Source: Macrostomum hystrix (lineage: Eukaryota; Animalia; Platyhelminthes). Taken from it: DNA of 64,000 nt. Shown here in pieces: positions 51,077-63,007 of this stretch (position 1 is the stretch's first letter; the number at the start of each line of letters is the position of its first letter). The DNA lies in assembly GCA_950097015.1 (NCBI GenBank), contig CATNEN010000034.1, forward strand, positions 7,192,001 through 7,256,000, in the 5' to 3' direction. Made by a program: the position numbers and the translations under genes. The notes below the pieces were generated by a model that was given only the letters and a program-made list of their open reading frames with translations, did no database searches and was not told where the DNA came from.

Positions 51077-54000
51077 TCACTGCCAATCTTGCCAATTCTC
51101 GTCCAGCCGAGAACTGTTGATTACAGACGAACTCCGATGCCCCACAGAAGTTGCTGTCAGCACGAAGACGCTGCCGAAGCCGCTGCCGAAGCCAGTCTGG
51201 GTGACGCAGTCGCTGTGCCTGCTGGAGTGGGTCACCTGGGTCTGGGTGGCGCGCGCAGTTGATGTCGGCGGTGAATGGCTGAGCAGAGCGACGAGCTCAA
51301 CTGCAATGAGCGTGATAGAAATAAGTAGGCAACTCAATCAAATGTTTGCTCATGCAAAGCAAAGACTCACAGCCTGTCTGAGAACAGTCATCCATCTGCT
51401 TCTTGCTGGACAGCAGCTGCTTGGCTTCGGGCAGCTCTGAGAGTTTGTCAGGCGGCAGCAGCTGCTGGCCTCCCTGCAGCTGGTCCGACTGGCGCACGTT
51501 GAGGTCTGGGCGGAGCAGGATGATGTACAGCTTCGGGCCGAGTAGACAGGCTAGAGTCACTGAGGCGGAGAGTGACATGGCGAAACACAGCGTTGCTATG
51601 CGGATGTGCACGAAGGCGCCGGTCAATGAGTAGCACGGCACGAAGCCAAGCCAGATCACGCAGGTGCTGTACATGCTGAAGCCGATGTGCTTGGTCTCGT
51701 TGAAAGCATCCGGAATGTTTCGGGCGAAGAAGGCGCAGAGGGTGCAGAGCAGCACTAGCAGCATCGGATACGCCAGGCCAATCAGGTACAGCGGACCAAT
51801 CAGGGTTGAGCAGACCAGCTGGTGGCGCTCACGTGATGGGAAGTGACTCACTGCTTTCGGCGGCTGCAGCAGGAGCCAGACAATGAGCACGCAGAGCTGA
51901 ACTCCAACCAGCAGCAGAAACAGAAGAACCTGAAAGATTAAAATTGTTTTTTTCTTTTAAAAGGAAGAAATATTCCTTTAATGATAGAATGATCACAGAG
52001 AGATATTTCAAATGCCTACAATTTTTTGTGTACCTCTTAAAAATTGAACCAATCTATATGAAAATCCAGAACACGGGCTAAAATTTTCCACTCTATCCGA
52101 TTAAATACCTTCCAGTATCACAAAACATCGCCATCGTCGAGACATTCAACGATTGTCTTCGGTGTCTGTCTGCCGCCCCCTTCCCCGCTGGGCTTGCTAC
52201 TGTGTGTGAGGTGCCTGTGTCCAGGGGTCTAGATGGCGCGATGGGCGACTCCCGCCTAGTTCGCCGGCCTGGTGGCATGCCGTTCCTGCGCTTGTGCGTC
52301 AAGTGCCCCAGGCCCCCCTGCAAATAAATAAGTCTTCGGGGTGTCTAGTGGTAAAAAGCACCAATACAGTATAATTTCATTGCATTATACTGCATTAATT
52401 ATATTGCTAAGTTTTCTATTTTAAAACCAATGGGGATTCGCCATAGAGGTTTTTACAGAGCAATGTTAGCTGTCCTTGTCACCGGGGTCTTCGACAAAAA
52501 TCGATGAATATCTCAAAGATGCTGATGACTGCCGAAAATCGATCATTCGGTTTGGGAGCTACCGTGAAGTAGGCGGTGGGTATTTGAAATTCCCTAAGGG
52601 GGAAATGAGCGTGGCCAACTGTGGCCTAGCGTGGTCTACTCTTAACAAAGCGGTCTCGCCATATTCAGGAATTAGAAGATGACCTGTGTGAGAGTCTCAA
52701 ATCCGCGACGACCCGTTCTGAAGTGTCGCTCAAGGCGCACCGTCTTGATTAGCAGGGCCGATGAGCAGACGGCGAAGCTGAAGCCGACAGCGAACCGCTG
52801 GGCGCCGCAGAGCCAGCGGCTGGGCCGGGCGCAGAGTAGGAAGGTGGCCGAGAAGCAGAGAATGAGTCCCAGCAGCAACATCAGGCTGAGCTCCCAGCCG
52901 GAGGCCTGAACCACAGCGCTGTCGCGGTGTCTAGCGAATGCGCAGAGAGCGAGCAGCGCTGCTACGACACCGATGGAGGCGAGGGTCATCGCTACTGCAG
53001 CCATCGGGTGACTGTAGGTAAGAAACTCCTGGTGAAACGGGTGCCAAATTTTTATCTTGTATTTTATCACTTTCAAGTTTTCTCTGTCGTCAGCGGCATG
53101 TGTGGCATTCACTAGTCTGAACGATTCTTCTGAGCGAGCTGCATTAATCCAAGAACGAAATGCAGGGATTTGGGCTCATTCGGTCCGTTGGATTTCTCTT
53201 CTGCGATAATTGCTTTCCTCTCGGCCAAATCCTTAACGCTGGGCTCGACATGCACTAGCAATATCTGCTTCGCTATCAGCCAAAGCTTCTCGTATGAGAT
53301 TAACTCTGCAGAGCGTTTCTGTATGTCTCACCATAACGATACGCTCGCACAGTTTCCCATCGCTTGACGGCTTGGTACCGCGCTGGCAGGGTGAGCATTG
53401 CCGCTTGTCCTCACCCACCACGTGATAGTCCGGACAGCGGACACACACCCAGCAGCTGCACTCTCCAGGCGAGACCTGTCGCACGAAGCTGTCTTGACAC
53501 TCTGGCCGACAGGCCGACATCGGCGGGAGGCTTCCACCGCCGCGGAAGCGCAGTCGCTCCCAGTCGAGCTGGACGCCTCCGCGGGCTGCGTCGAAGCGTC
53601 CGACGTCCCGCCAGGCGTAGCCGCCGCCGCTCGCCTCGTCAGCCTGGAAGTTGAGAATTCGATAGCGGGGCGGGCCGTCAGCAGTTCTAGGCGTGAAATG
53701 AACGTCGATGCCAGCGAGTCCGGTGAAGTCGACAGACTTCAGCTCGGCTAGAAGCTCCGCGCCGCTTGTGGCAAGTCGGTGGAGGCACTCCTGGTGGGTT
53801 GCGCCTGTGCTGCACAGACGGGCCCGAAGATTCTGCGGTGCAGTTTAGGCGACGAGTTCAGCTCACCGAGTTAGTACATACGAGCTAATTTCTTAAAGAA
53901 AATTTCAGGCACAAATCGGGAACCGTTTAGCTCTATTAAATAATTAAATTCGAATGCTTCACAATCACATTTGCATTCCCAAGACAGCGTCTCACCCGCA

Positions 54001-56200
54001 GAGCCACGGCGAACGCCATCACAGCGTCGCTCACAAACTGCAGCTGCGGCTCCAGAACGAACTTCGCGTCCGACTCCGACATGCGCAGTTCCGGCCCGCA
54101 CATCTCCTTGTGCCGCTGGTTGTACGGCGTCTGCGGCCCGCCCGGCAGCCAGCAGTCGAAGTAGTCCTCCCAGAACTCGGCGAACCACGGGTTCCGAGTG
54201 TTTGTGTCAGGTCGCAGGCCCAGGAAGTACTCCTTGAAGCCTGCGATCGGCTCTGCCAGCGGCTGTACTGTCACGGCGCCCTCAACCTGGAGTTAATTTA
54301 GATTTTAATTCGATGTGGCACTTGGACAGATGTCATGAAACAGACGGTGGGGACTTCTGGCGACTGCCTTAATGCGTGTACAAGCGCCATTTACGTATCT
54401 TCCACATCGCCACACGCCCTCTAAAGGCACTACTCAGAGTAGCAATGTTAAAGCATTCTAGGTGAAACACATTGAACGTACCGCTCTCTCATTTCCGTCC
54501 CTATAGGCCATCGGTCGAGCGCCCCAACCGTCCGAGCCAATCCAGGCGAACTTGTCCGAATAGTTGAGCTGCGTCACAGCCGACATGAAGTCGCCAACCT
54601 CCTGGTCGGAGCCGAATATTATAACGCCTGAGTTGTGCGGATCAGCGATACGAAGTTCGGTGTGAAGTGTTCGATTTCGAGCGTCACCTATGTTTAGCAT
54701 CGATTAGATTCAGTTACCTTTCGCGCCAAGCCCATCGTACAGGCTCTGATGGTTGAGCAAGCGCTCTATCTTGCCATAGTAATCCTCTACTTTGGCCAGC
54801 TTGGAGTCGCGAGGCAGAGTCTCAATTCTAGCCAGACAGATGTCGCTCTCTCTGAATAGTCGCTCCATTTGCTCAAGAGCCTGTGGGTCAAAGTGCTAGG
54901 ATCGTTACTAGGCTGCCTGATCTTAGTACGCAAACAATACACTGTTCCTTTCTAAACTATTTTGTTTCATCAGTTGCGTCCAGAAAATTTCATAGTTGAT
55001 ATGAATTCTGACTATGTCAATCAGCTTCGTACAGTTAATTTTTTTGTCTGGTAGATTAACTTCAGACGAGGCCTAGCAATTTTTAAGGCAATAAGAACGA
55101 ACCCCTCTGCCATAGCTGGAGTCCTCGTACACAATAGACACATACGACCAGTTAAAAAGCTTAGTGAGCTCCACAATGGCCATAGCCTGGTAGGCGTCAG
55201 ATGGTATCGTCCGTAGGAAGAATGGGAATCGATCCTTGTCCGATAATTGTGGCGCAGTTGAAAAGAAGCTTATCTAATCGAATGTAATTTGCGAACGCAG
55301 CATCAATTTTTTTCCGGAAATCTTTCAATCAATGTTGAAGCATTACCTGAGGAATTTCGAACAGTTTCAGCAGTGACGCCACGTGGCTCGACGTGATGGA
55401 AGACGGGGCGCCAACAACGCCAGTGATGAGAGGCGGTCCTTCGCCTTCAACACCGATGCCAACGCCGAAGCTGGGACGCCGGCTGCAAGCGGCCTGGCCT
55501 GAGCTGATCTTCGGCGAGGCTGCGGGTTCCCCATGAAATTCAAGTGACGGAAACTGAACCGCTACTAGCAGTGGTCCCAGCGGAATCGAGCGTCTTTCTG
55601 AATTACAAAAATTGGTTTCCCTTGGGCAAAGGTTAGAACTCTCGACCTCTTGATCAGTATAGTAGTAAAGCTGCAGCCCGCCGGCCCATCAGGGTCCGTT
55701 GCCCCTGCCCATCGGGGTACGGTCATGCACACTGCCTTGTCGTGGCGACCCGGCTTCATTACGGCTCTGATTCCTCCCTTGGTTCCGGAGTCACGAGAAC
55801 TAAAGTGTCCTCCTCTAGGCTGTCGTTTGGATCCCTGGGTTCGCAAGGTCACCACCACTGGCTGGCGGGGCCGACGGACTGCTCGTCTAGGCAGTTGGCT
55901 AGGGAGCCAACGGACGTTGATGGCTCCCGCCGCCAGCAACCGTTGGTGGCCCAGACCAGGGCGGAGCACTGCCCCGGGTCCGATTACTACGACAACCGCA
56001 TCGGCGTCGCCCGGGAAAAGAAATGCCACTGCAGCGACGAAGCGAGCAATTCCACCTTAGTTCCAGCCCGTCCACTGAATCTGTTCGCCGAACCAGCGGC
56101 ATCACCGACATCTCTGACCTCGTGTGTGGTAACGTTGTGGCGCTGCTTTTAGGGGCCATCGGCTCGTGCCCCTTGTAAGCGGCTCACCGCAGCCAACAGC

Positions 56201-56234
<34 letters not shown>

Positions 56235-56722
56235 GCAGCAATTCGAAGCCAGTCCTAGCTGGCCATTCGCCCTGCCTCACCCTTGATGAAGTCCACAGCC
56301 TGGTCCAGTCCGTAGGTGTCACGATCGCAGTCGTCCTTGATGTAGGTGCCAAGGCTGATGTTTGGCCCGGCCAGGCCCAGCCTGTTGACCCAGTCCAGCG
56401 TGAACAGCATGGCCTCCAGAGCCTGGACACCGCCCTGCGGCATGACCGGACCGCAGACTCGATCTTCCGAGCGCGAGTGCACCATCATCAGACCGCCCAG
56501 GTAGATGTCGCCCCTGATTAACACGCGCTGCTCTTTCACCGGCCACTGGTGCCAGCGACCGTCTCGACCGGTGAAGTTCACCAGCTGCTGTCGCCACGAG
56601 GAGCTGCTACCGTTTTGGCCGTCCTTACCGATGGCTTTGCCACCGGTTGACAAGAAGACAGCTATAAGCCAAAAAATGACTGGCACCGGGGTCGGCAGAT
56701 AGCAGAGCTGCATTCTTGCCAA
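51077..56722 (-). CDS. Class C GPCR gene A, mGluR-related mXR/mangetout-like; exons 56722-56281, 55519-55347, 55273-55103, 54880-54718, 54627-54482, 54286-53996, 53832-53332, 53028-52684, 51929-51371, 51300-51077
   Basis: GDIYLGGLMMVH, DDCDRDTYGLDQAVDFIKG, ISFFSTAPQLSDK, SSYG, GVIIFGSDQEV, WIGSDGW, EPQLQFVSDAV, intact cysteine-rich domain, IPDAFNETKHIGFSMYSTCVIWL, GPKLYIIL; all phases consistent. Confidence 0.92.
51999..52600. mobile_element. MITE-like element with imperfect TIRs, carrying a SINE2 3' fragment
   Basis: Left GAGATATTTCAAATGCCTAC, right GTGGGTATTTGAAATTCCC; internal inverted arms. Confidence 0.6.
52168..52331 (+). mobile_element. SINE family 2, 5'-truncated 3' end
   Basis: Reverse-homologous to 40310-40460; (AAAT)n tail; flanking near-duplication GTCTTCGG(GG)TGTCT. 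Confidence 0.75.
55600..56240 (+). mobile_element. Possible RTE-derived non-autonomous element with (AAC)n tail in intron 1 of gene A
   Basis: GC-rich non-coding block containing CACTGCCTTGTCGTGGCGA, which I recall as an RTE/BovB 5'-UTR-like motif; ends in a CAA microsatellite; no TSD found. Confidence 0.4.
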
Positions 56723-56974
56723 AGACTCGAAAGCATATCAAATCAGAAAGCTATAGTTAACATATACACTGCGCATGAGCTTGGCTTGGGGGGGCTTATT
56801 TTGACAGTCCAATAAGAAATTCGCGATTCGCTGAGCCAGTTCGCGCACTAGATTAGCTTAAGCGTAAGAGCATTCCAGGATGATCTATATTTGATTATGT
56901 TTGCATACTGGCGCACAAACACACCACCAGTGATCGATGAAGGTCAGACAGCATCGGTGGGACGCAGAACATGT

Positions 56975-57235
56975 TTACCTCTCGCACCAAGGTCCCTGAG
57001 CTCGATTCCGCAGCGAAGCCACATTTATTTGGGATGGGGTCGCGGATAGAGTAATTTACGCCCTTGTAGGCCAACCTCCAAGGCACAGATGTACACACCT
57101 GTGTGCCTGCGTACGGTGTCTGTGTGCGTCTGTGCTCAGGAGTCAGCGAAATGGGCAGAATTTCCCCCACGCTGGCTTCGGGTCTAGTGTCACCAAATGA
57201 CGTGCCATTGCCCGCAGCCCACCTGCAATAGTTTT
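56975..57235 (+). mobile_element. SINE family 1, slightly 5'-truncated
   Basis: B box and body/3' end match the other copies. Confidence 0.82.
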
Positions 57236-57761
57236 TTTCAGACAGCATCAGTGTTAAGAGAAGTCAAACTTGACGAAGGCATTGGCTTGCAGAATTCAAC
57301 TCTGGTCCTCTTGAGCCCATGAAGAATTATACTCGTAATACTATTAGCACCAAGCCTGGTTTAGCTAGCCTCAGAAACATTCATTAACACTTACCACGAT
57401 AATAACTGCTTCAGTGCTCGGCAAGGCACTAAGAAAGCTTCCTACTTGCACAAGTATTCGGACAAATTTTCGCTCGAATTCTTTCCGAAAGCCCTTTGGC
57501 CAACCGTGCTCAAGTGCCCGACATCACGGATAGCCGACATTTTGCTCGCATCCTTGCCCAATGAAGTAGGTGGGGGGGGCCGCATCAAGAGCCGATGAAT
57601 CGGTTAACCCAGAATGCCGCGACTTTCCAGCCAAAGTCAAGTGAAGCGAGAGAGAGGAGAGGAAAAGGCTACGAGTGCTCGCCAAGTCGAGTTGGTCATG
57701 CGCGACTAATTATGGGCTCGGCGGCAGAGAGAGCCGCACCTGGTAATCTTTTTCCTAGCTG

Positions 57762-58312
57762 CAGTCAGTGCTGATGTATTGATTGACACCTGAGGTAGTT
57801 GCAGTCAATTTTGGTGTATTGTAAGACACCTGAGGTAGTTGCAGTCAGTGTTGGTGTATTGATTGACACCTGAGGTAGCTGCAGTCAGTGTTGGTGTATT
57901 GTAAGACACCTGAGGTAGCTGCAGTCAGTGTTGGTGTATTGAAGACACCTGAGGTAGTTGCAGTCAGTGTTGGTGTATTGTAAGACACCTGAGGTAGCTG
58001 CAGTCAGTGTTGGTGTATTGAAGACACCTGAGGTAGCTGCAGTCAGTGTTGGTGTATTGAAGACACCTGAGGTAGCTGCAGTCAGTGTTGGTGTATTGAA
58101 GACACCTGAGGTAGCTGCAGTCAGTGTTGGTGTATTGAAGACACCTGAGGTAGCTGCAGTCAGTGTTGGTGTATTGTAAGACACCTGAGGTAGTTGCAGT
58201 CAGTGTTGGTGTATTGTAAGACACCTGAGGTTGCTGCAGTCAGTGTTGGTGTATTGTAAGACACCTGAGGTAGCTGCAGTCAGTGTTGGTGTATTGTAAG
58301 ACACCTGAGGAA
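57762..58312. repeat. 39/40-bp tandem repeat (GTAGCTGCAGTCAGTGTTGGTGTATTG(T)AAGACACCTGAG)n
   Basis: Direct. Confidence 0.95.
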
Positions 58313-59774
58313 GTTTAGTCATTTTGGTGTTTGTGTTGTAAAATTGAAATAACCAAAGCCAATGAAGAGTACAGGCTTGCAATATTTTCCTATAACATAG
58401 AAGTGTATGTAGGTAATGTATAGTAACACAAACCAAAGCTGATAAATAGGTAATATATAATATAGTGACACTTATTCAAGCACTAAGATAAAAACGAATA
58501 TAAAAAAGAAGCTAGGGAGGGAGGCAGAGCCACAGCGATTAGGCAGCTGGTGTAAAATGATGAACAGGAAAAATCTAACCCACCCGATAGAATAGAGAAA
58601 GGGGACACGCGTACTCTACTAATAGTAGTACGATACCCTACAAGACGTGAAAAATACAACGCAGCCTATGGTGCTTTTTGTTAAACGAGAGACGAAAGAA
58701 ACAGTAAAAAAACAAGACAATCAAAACCAAATAAAACGAAAGCAAACCTATTGTAAATATCAACTGCGAGATCAATAATACAAAAAACGTTACAATTGTG
58801 AAACCCGGATAAAAAAGTGAAATTAGATGCTTAATAAAAGTTGCAAACACAGAGAACATAAAGCTGACAGTGGGATATATCACTAAGGCGGACCACAAAT
58901 TATGGGGATCACGATTAACAATTGAAGTAAGAGCAGCTAAAGAAGATCTAAAATCTGACAATTTTCTAAGCGCAGAATATTACATATTAGGTTTACATTT
59001 CAGTCCTCGGGTGTTGAAATGATTGGGAAAAAATAGCAGAAAAACACACCGACAGAAAATGTTAACTATTTAAATTGTGCAATTAGTTCAAGACACGCCA
59101 AAGTAAAAAAATTGTGCTTAAACATTTTACTGGACGCTTAACTTGATTACATAAAGTATTGTACAAGAATAAATGAAATTATAATTACACAAGTCGCTAC
59201 AATATCTAGAGAGCCTATGAGTACATAACCAATTAGGGAGGTAATAATATTAATAAGTTTGAAACAAAATATAAAATTAAACAACTCATAAATTTGCAGT
59301 CTTGCTGGAAATTTTTTTTTGTGTTTTTTTCTGCCAATAATAAGAAAGAGAATAAGAAAAAAACACAGAGACTAAATGCAGTGAACGCGAAAGCAGTAGA
59401 GATGCAGTGTGCAGCGCCGAAGAGGACCAATAGTTATAAAGACAGGCGATTTATTTAGTGGATGAATTCTATTACAAATAATATTATTACTAATCGCATA
59501 AAACACGCCCGATAATGAAAACATGAAGCTGGTGCAGGTTTTGTTTAAAAGCAGAAATTAAACATTAGGCGATAGCACACACACACACACGAATACTATG
59601 TTAACATTATTAGTGCCTTACATAGGTACAAATTTGACCACACGGCTAAGTAAATACAAGAGACACGAATAAGACACTCCGACTACCTTAGAAGAAAGTG
59701 TACAAAACTAGCAGGACTAATAAATATTTATTCATTTGCTTATTAAAAAATCCCATCAACATTTTAGCATTTTC

Positions 59775-60755
59775 CCACTGAGATAATCCCACATTTAATT
59801 CCTACTGATATTATCCCATATTTAATTCCCACTGATATTATCCCATATTTAATTCCCACTGAGATTATCCCATATTTAATTCCCACTGAGATTATCCCCT
59901 ATTTAATCCCTACTGATATTATCCAATATTTAATTCTTACTGATATTATCCCCTATTTAATTCCTACTGATATTATCCCATATTTAATTCCCACTGAGAT
60001 TATCCCATATTTAATTCCCACTGAGATTATCCCCTATTTAATTCCTACTGATATTATCCCATATTTAATTCTTACTGAGATAATCCCATATTTAATTCCC
60101 ACTGATATTATCCCATATTTAATTCCTACTGATATTATCCCATATTTAATTCCCACTGAGATTATCCCCTATTTAATTCCTACTGATATTATCCCATATT
60201 TAATTCTTACTGAGATAATCCCATATTTAATCCCTACTGATATTATCCCATATTTAATTCCTACTGATATTATCCCATATTTAATTCCCACTGAGATTAT
60301 CCCCTATTTAATTCCTACTGATATTATCCCATATTTAATTCTTACTGAGATAATCCCATATTTAATCCCTACTGATATTATCCAATATTTAATTCCCACT
60401 GAGATTATCCCATATTTAATTCTTACTGAGATTATCCCCTATTTAATTCCCACTGATATTATCCCATATTTAATTCTTACTGAGATTATCCCCTATTTAA
60501 TTCCCACTGATATTATCCCATATTTAATTCTTACTGAGATTATCCCATATTTAATTCCTACTGAGATTAACCCATATTTTATTCCTACTGAGATAATCCC
60601 ATATTTAATTCCCACTGAGATAATCCCACATTTAATTCCTACTGAGATTATCCCGTCTTCGATTCCCCAGTGAGATTATCCCGTCTTTAATTCCCCAGTG
60701 AGATTATCCCGTCTTTAATTCCCCAGTGAGATTATCCCCTATTTATTTCCCACTA
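59775..60755. repeat. 27-bp AT-rich satellite (TTTAATTCCCACTGATATTATCCCATA)n
   Basis: Direct. Confidence 0.95.
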
Positions 60756-61773
60756 GCATGATCTCGCCAAGCCTTAAAGTCTTAAAATACAATTCAAATG
60801 AGAGAAGAATTTCTCTGTAAATAAAACAATCCCAGCGAGTCCGGGTGCGCATTACCAGTAGAAACAAAAAGGCTTTATAAAAACGGCTTAGATAGGGAGA
60901 AAAAAGGAGAAGATAAAAAACGGATTATAAACAACAAGAAAAGCTGGCGAGAAGACATCTACATAAGCCCTATTTACAAAAACTACTTACCTATGGTTTT
61001 TTTATTACCGATTATCGCAAAATAAGCAATTAGTTCTTCAGTGCAAACCTACAATAAGCTATCATCTACGCGACCGAATAATTCAATAAAAAGTACACTC
61101 TTGTAGTGCGCGATAACTTAAGGACAGGAACAAAGAGAGGACACAAATTAACAAATGATAATAATAATTATAAATAGTGTTGACACGGAAGACACAACGC
61201 GAATAAGAGACAGGAAATATGCGAGGCAAAACCACGTTTCTCTTGTTAAGTTTTTGCGTTTGTGTGTTTGATACACATAAAATAATAAAAGGCCCAGCTA
61301 GCTAAAGTGACACACTAAATTAAGATAAGCTAGTCAAGACACCACTAAAATAAATACGCAGAAGATACTAGAACATAATCCGCACTCCATTGTCTAGCAT
61401 TTCAACGATCATTGTTTGCAGTTTTTATGCGAATAACAACGCCTTCTGGCTTTGCCTTCTACCATAGACTACGGAACTTATTGTCTCGTGTTGTTGTCTA
61501 TGGCAACGATCGTTTAAATTCTAGCCAGTCGCACAGTGCTTGACAACGATTGTTTTGCTATTACTTACGATCGCGACCGCTACAAATAATAATTATAGTG
61601 TACTCTTTATATTAGTTTTAGGACTGCATGTTCTAGCCAAAACAGATTCTACCAAAACTATCTAAAAATCAATAGGATGAGAAGAGAGAAGACAAGGAAA
61701 CAGAACGATTAGGCTGAAGAGGTAAAAATGTGAAAAGAAAATTGTTTCACAATATTCATTGCCAATTCTGCTG

Positions 61774-62844
61774 TTAATGGCGATGAACCCGATAAGCGGC
61801 CGCTGCGGCGGCGGCTGCGGCGGCTGCGGCGGCCATCTGCTGTTGCTGCTGCTGCTGATGCAGCTGGTGATGATGCTGCTGAACCAGCTGATGCTGCTGC
61901 TGCTGGTGATGATGGTGGTGATGATGGTGGTGCGGCTGCACATGCTGCGGCTGCTGCTGCTGCTGCTCGGCGGTGGCAGGGTACATTGGTCGCAGGGCGG
62001 CTGCGGCAGCGAAGGGCATTGCCAGCAGGGCGGGCTGACCGGCTGCGGCAGCGGCAGGCAATGGGCCAACCAGCAGTTTATCGGGCTGCTGCACCAGCTG
62101 CACGGGATAAATCTGCTGCCAAAGCAGCTGCAGGTGATAATTATGAGCCTCGGCAACGTGACGACTTAATTCGCGACGCAGACGACTGGCGGCCGGACAG
62201 CCGAACTTGTTGAACGGACAGAGCAGCAGAGACAGCGGGCAGGCCTTCTCCAGATGGTCCTGGAGGCGCTGCGGACCGGCCAGGACGAGGCCGCAACGAT
62301 TCGGACAGGGCAGGGGAAAGGCAGGACAGCCGAATAGCAGGTGAAAATTCAGCTGCCTGTAGGCGGTGCTGTGCTGGCAGAATGGGCAGGCTACGGCGGC
62401 TGATGAATCGGCGCACTGGCAGGCGGCTGCGGCGGTGTTGGCGGCCTTCTCAGCATTCGCCTTGTCTGCGGCGGCACTGGCGCCGTCCTGCAGGTGACTA
62501 GCCAGGTGGTTAGCCAGGCTGCCGAGCTCGCAGGGCGACCGACACCGAGGGCAATGCACTAGAAGCTGTTGAACCTCGCGATCGGTGGCCAGATCGCTGA
62601 ATACTCCGGCGCCCTGAATGGAAGGATTCGATTGGGCGCCTTCGCCAATGGGCGATCGGCACAGAGGGCAGGCCGGCCTATAGGGCCCGGGCCCGCCGCC
62701 TGCGGTGGCCGAATAGAAACAGCTGTGACAAAAACGATGCCCGCAACAGGTCTGCAGGGCCGAGCGCAGGTGGCCCAGACAGACGGGACACTTTAGCCGA
62801 TCTGGCACCGGCTGGGCAAACTCTAGGTCTTCGTGTTCACACAT
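61774..62844 (-). CDS. TRAF-type RING + TRAF zinc-finger protein with poly-Q/H/A tail; no MATH domain visible
   Basis: RING CPVC...CGHRFCHSC...CPLC; TRAF-type fingers CPFC...HLLFGCP, CPNRC...HLEKACP, CPFNKFGC...RH; ATG-initiated 356-aa ORF. Confidence 0.82.
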   Translation of the reverse strand: MCEHEDLEFAQPVPDRLKCPVCLGHLRSALQTCCGHRFCHSCFYSATAGGGPGPYRPACPLCRSPIGEGAQSNPSIQGAGVFSDLATDREVQQLLVHCPRCRSPCELGSLANHLASHLQDGASAAADKANAEKAANTAAAACQCADSSAAVACPFCQHSTAYRQLNFHLLFGCPAFPLPCPNRCGLVLAGPQRLQDHLEKACPLSLLLCPFNKFGCPAASRLRRELSRHVAEAHNYHLQLLWQQIYPVQLVQQPDKLLVGPLPAAAAAGQPALLAMPFAAAAALRPMYPATAEQQQQQPQHVQPHHHHHHHHHQQQQHQLVQQHHHQLHQQQQQQQMAAAAAAAAAAAAAYRVHRH

Positions 62845-63007
62845 TTGCTGACTGCACTAGGCTAGCGTAGTTGCTGAATTCAAGAATCTTTGTAGATCAA
62901 GTTCGGATAGGAGATCAGACGGCTCTTTGCGCTGCAATTGGGAATATTAAACAATAGGCAATTTTTTCCAAGGTAAACGTTGTCTGTTGACATGGATATG
63001 GTGTATA

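Noticed and set aside
58638-58961. 107-aa hydrophobic minus-strand ORF
   Set aside because: Non-ATG start, T-rich composition explains the hydrophobicity, and no motif or splice support.
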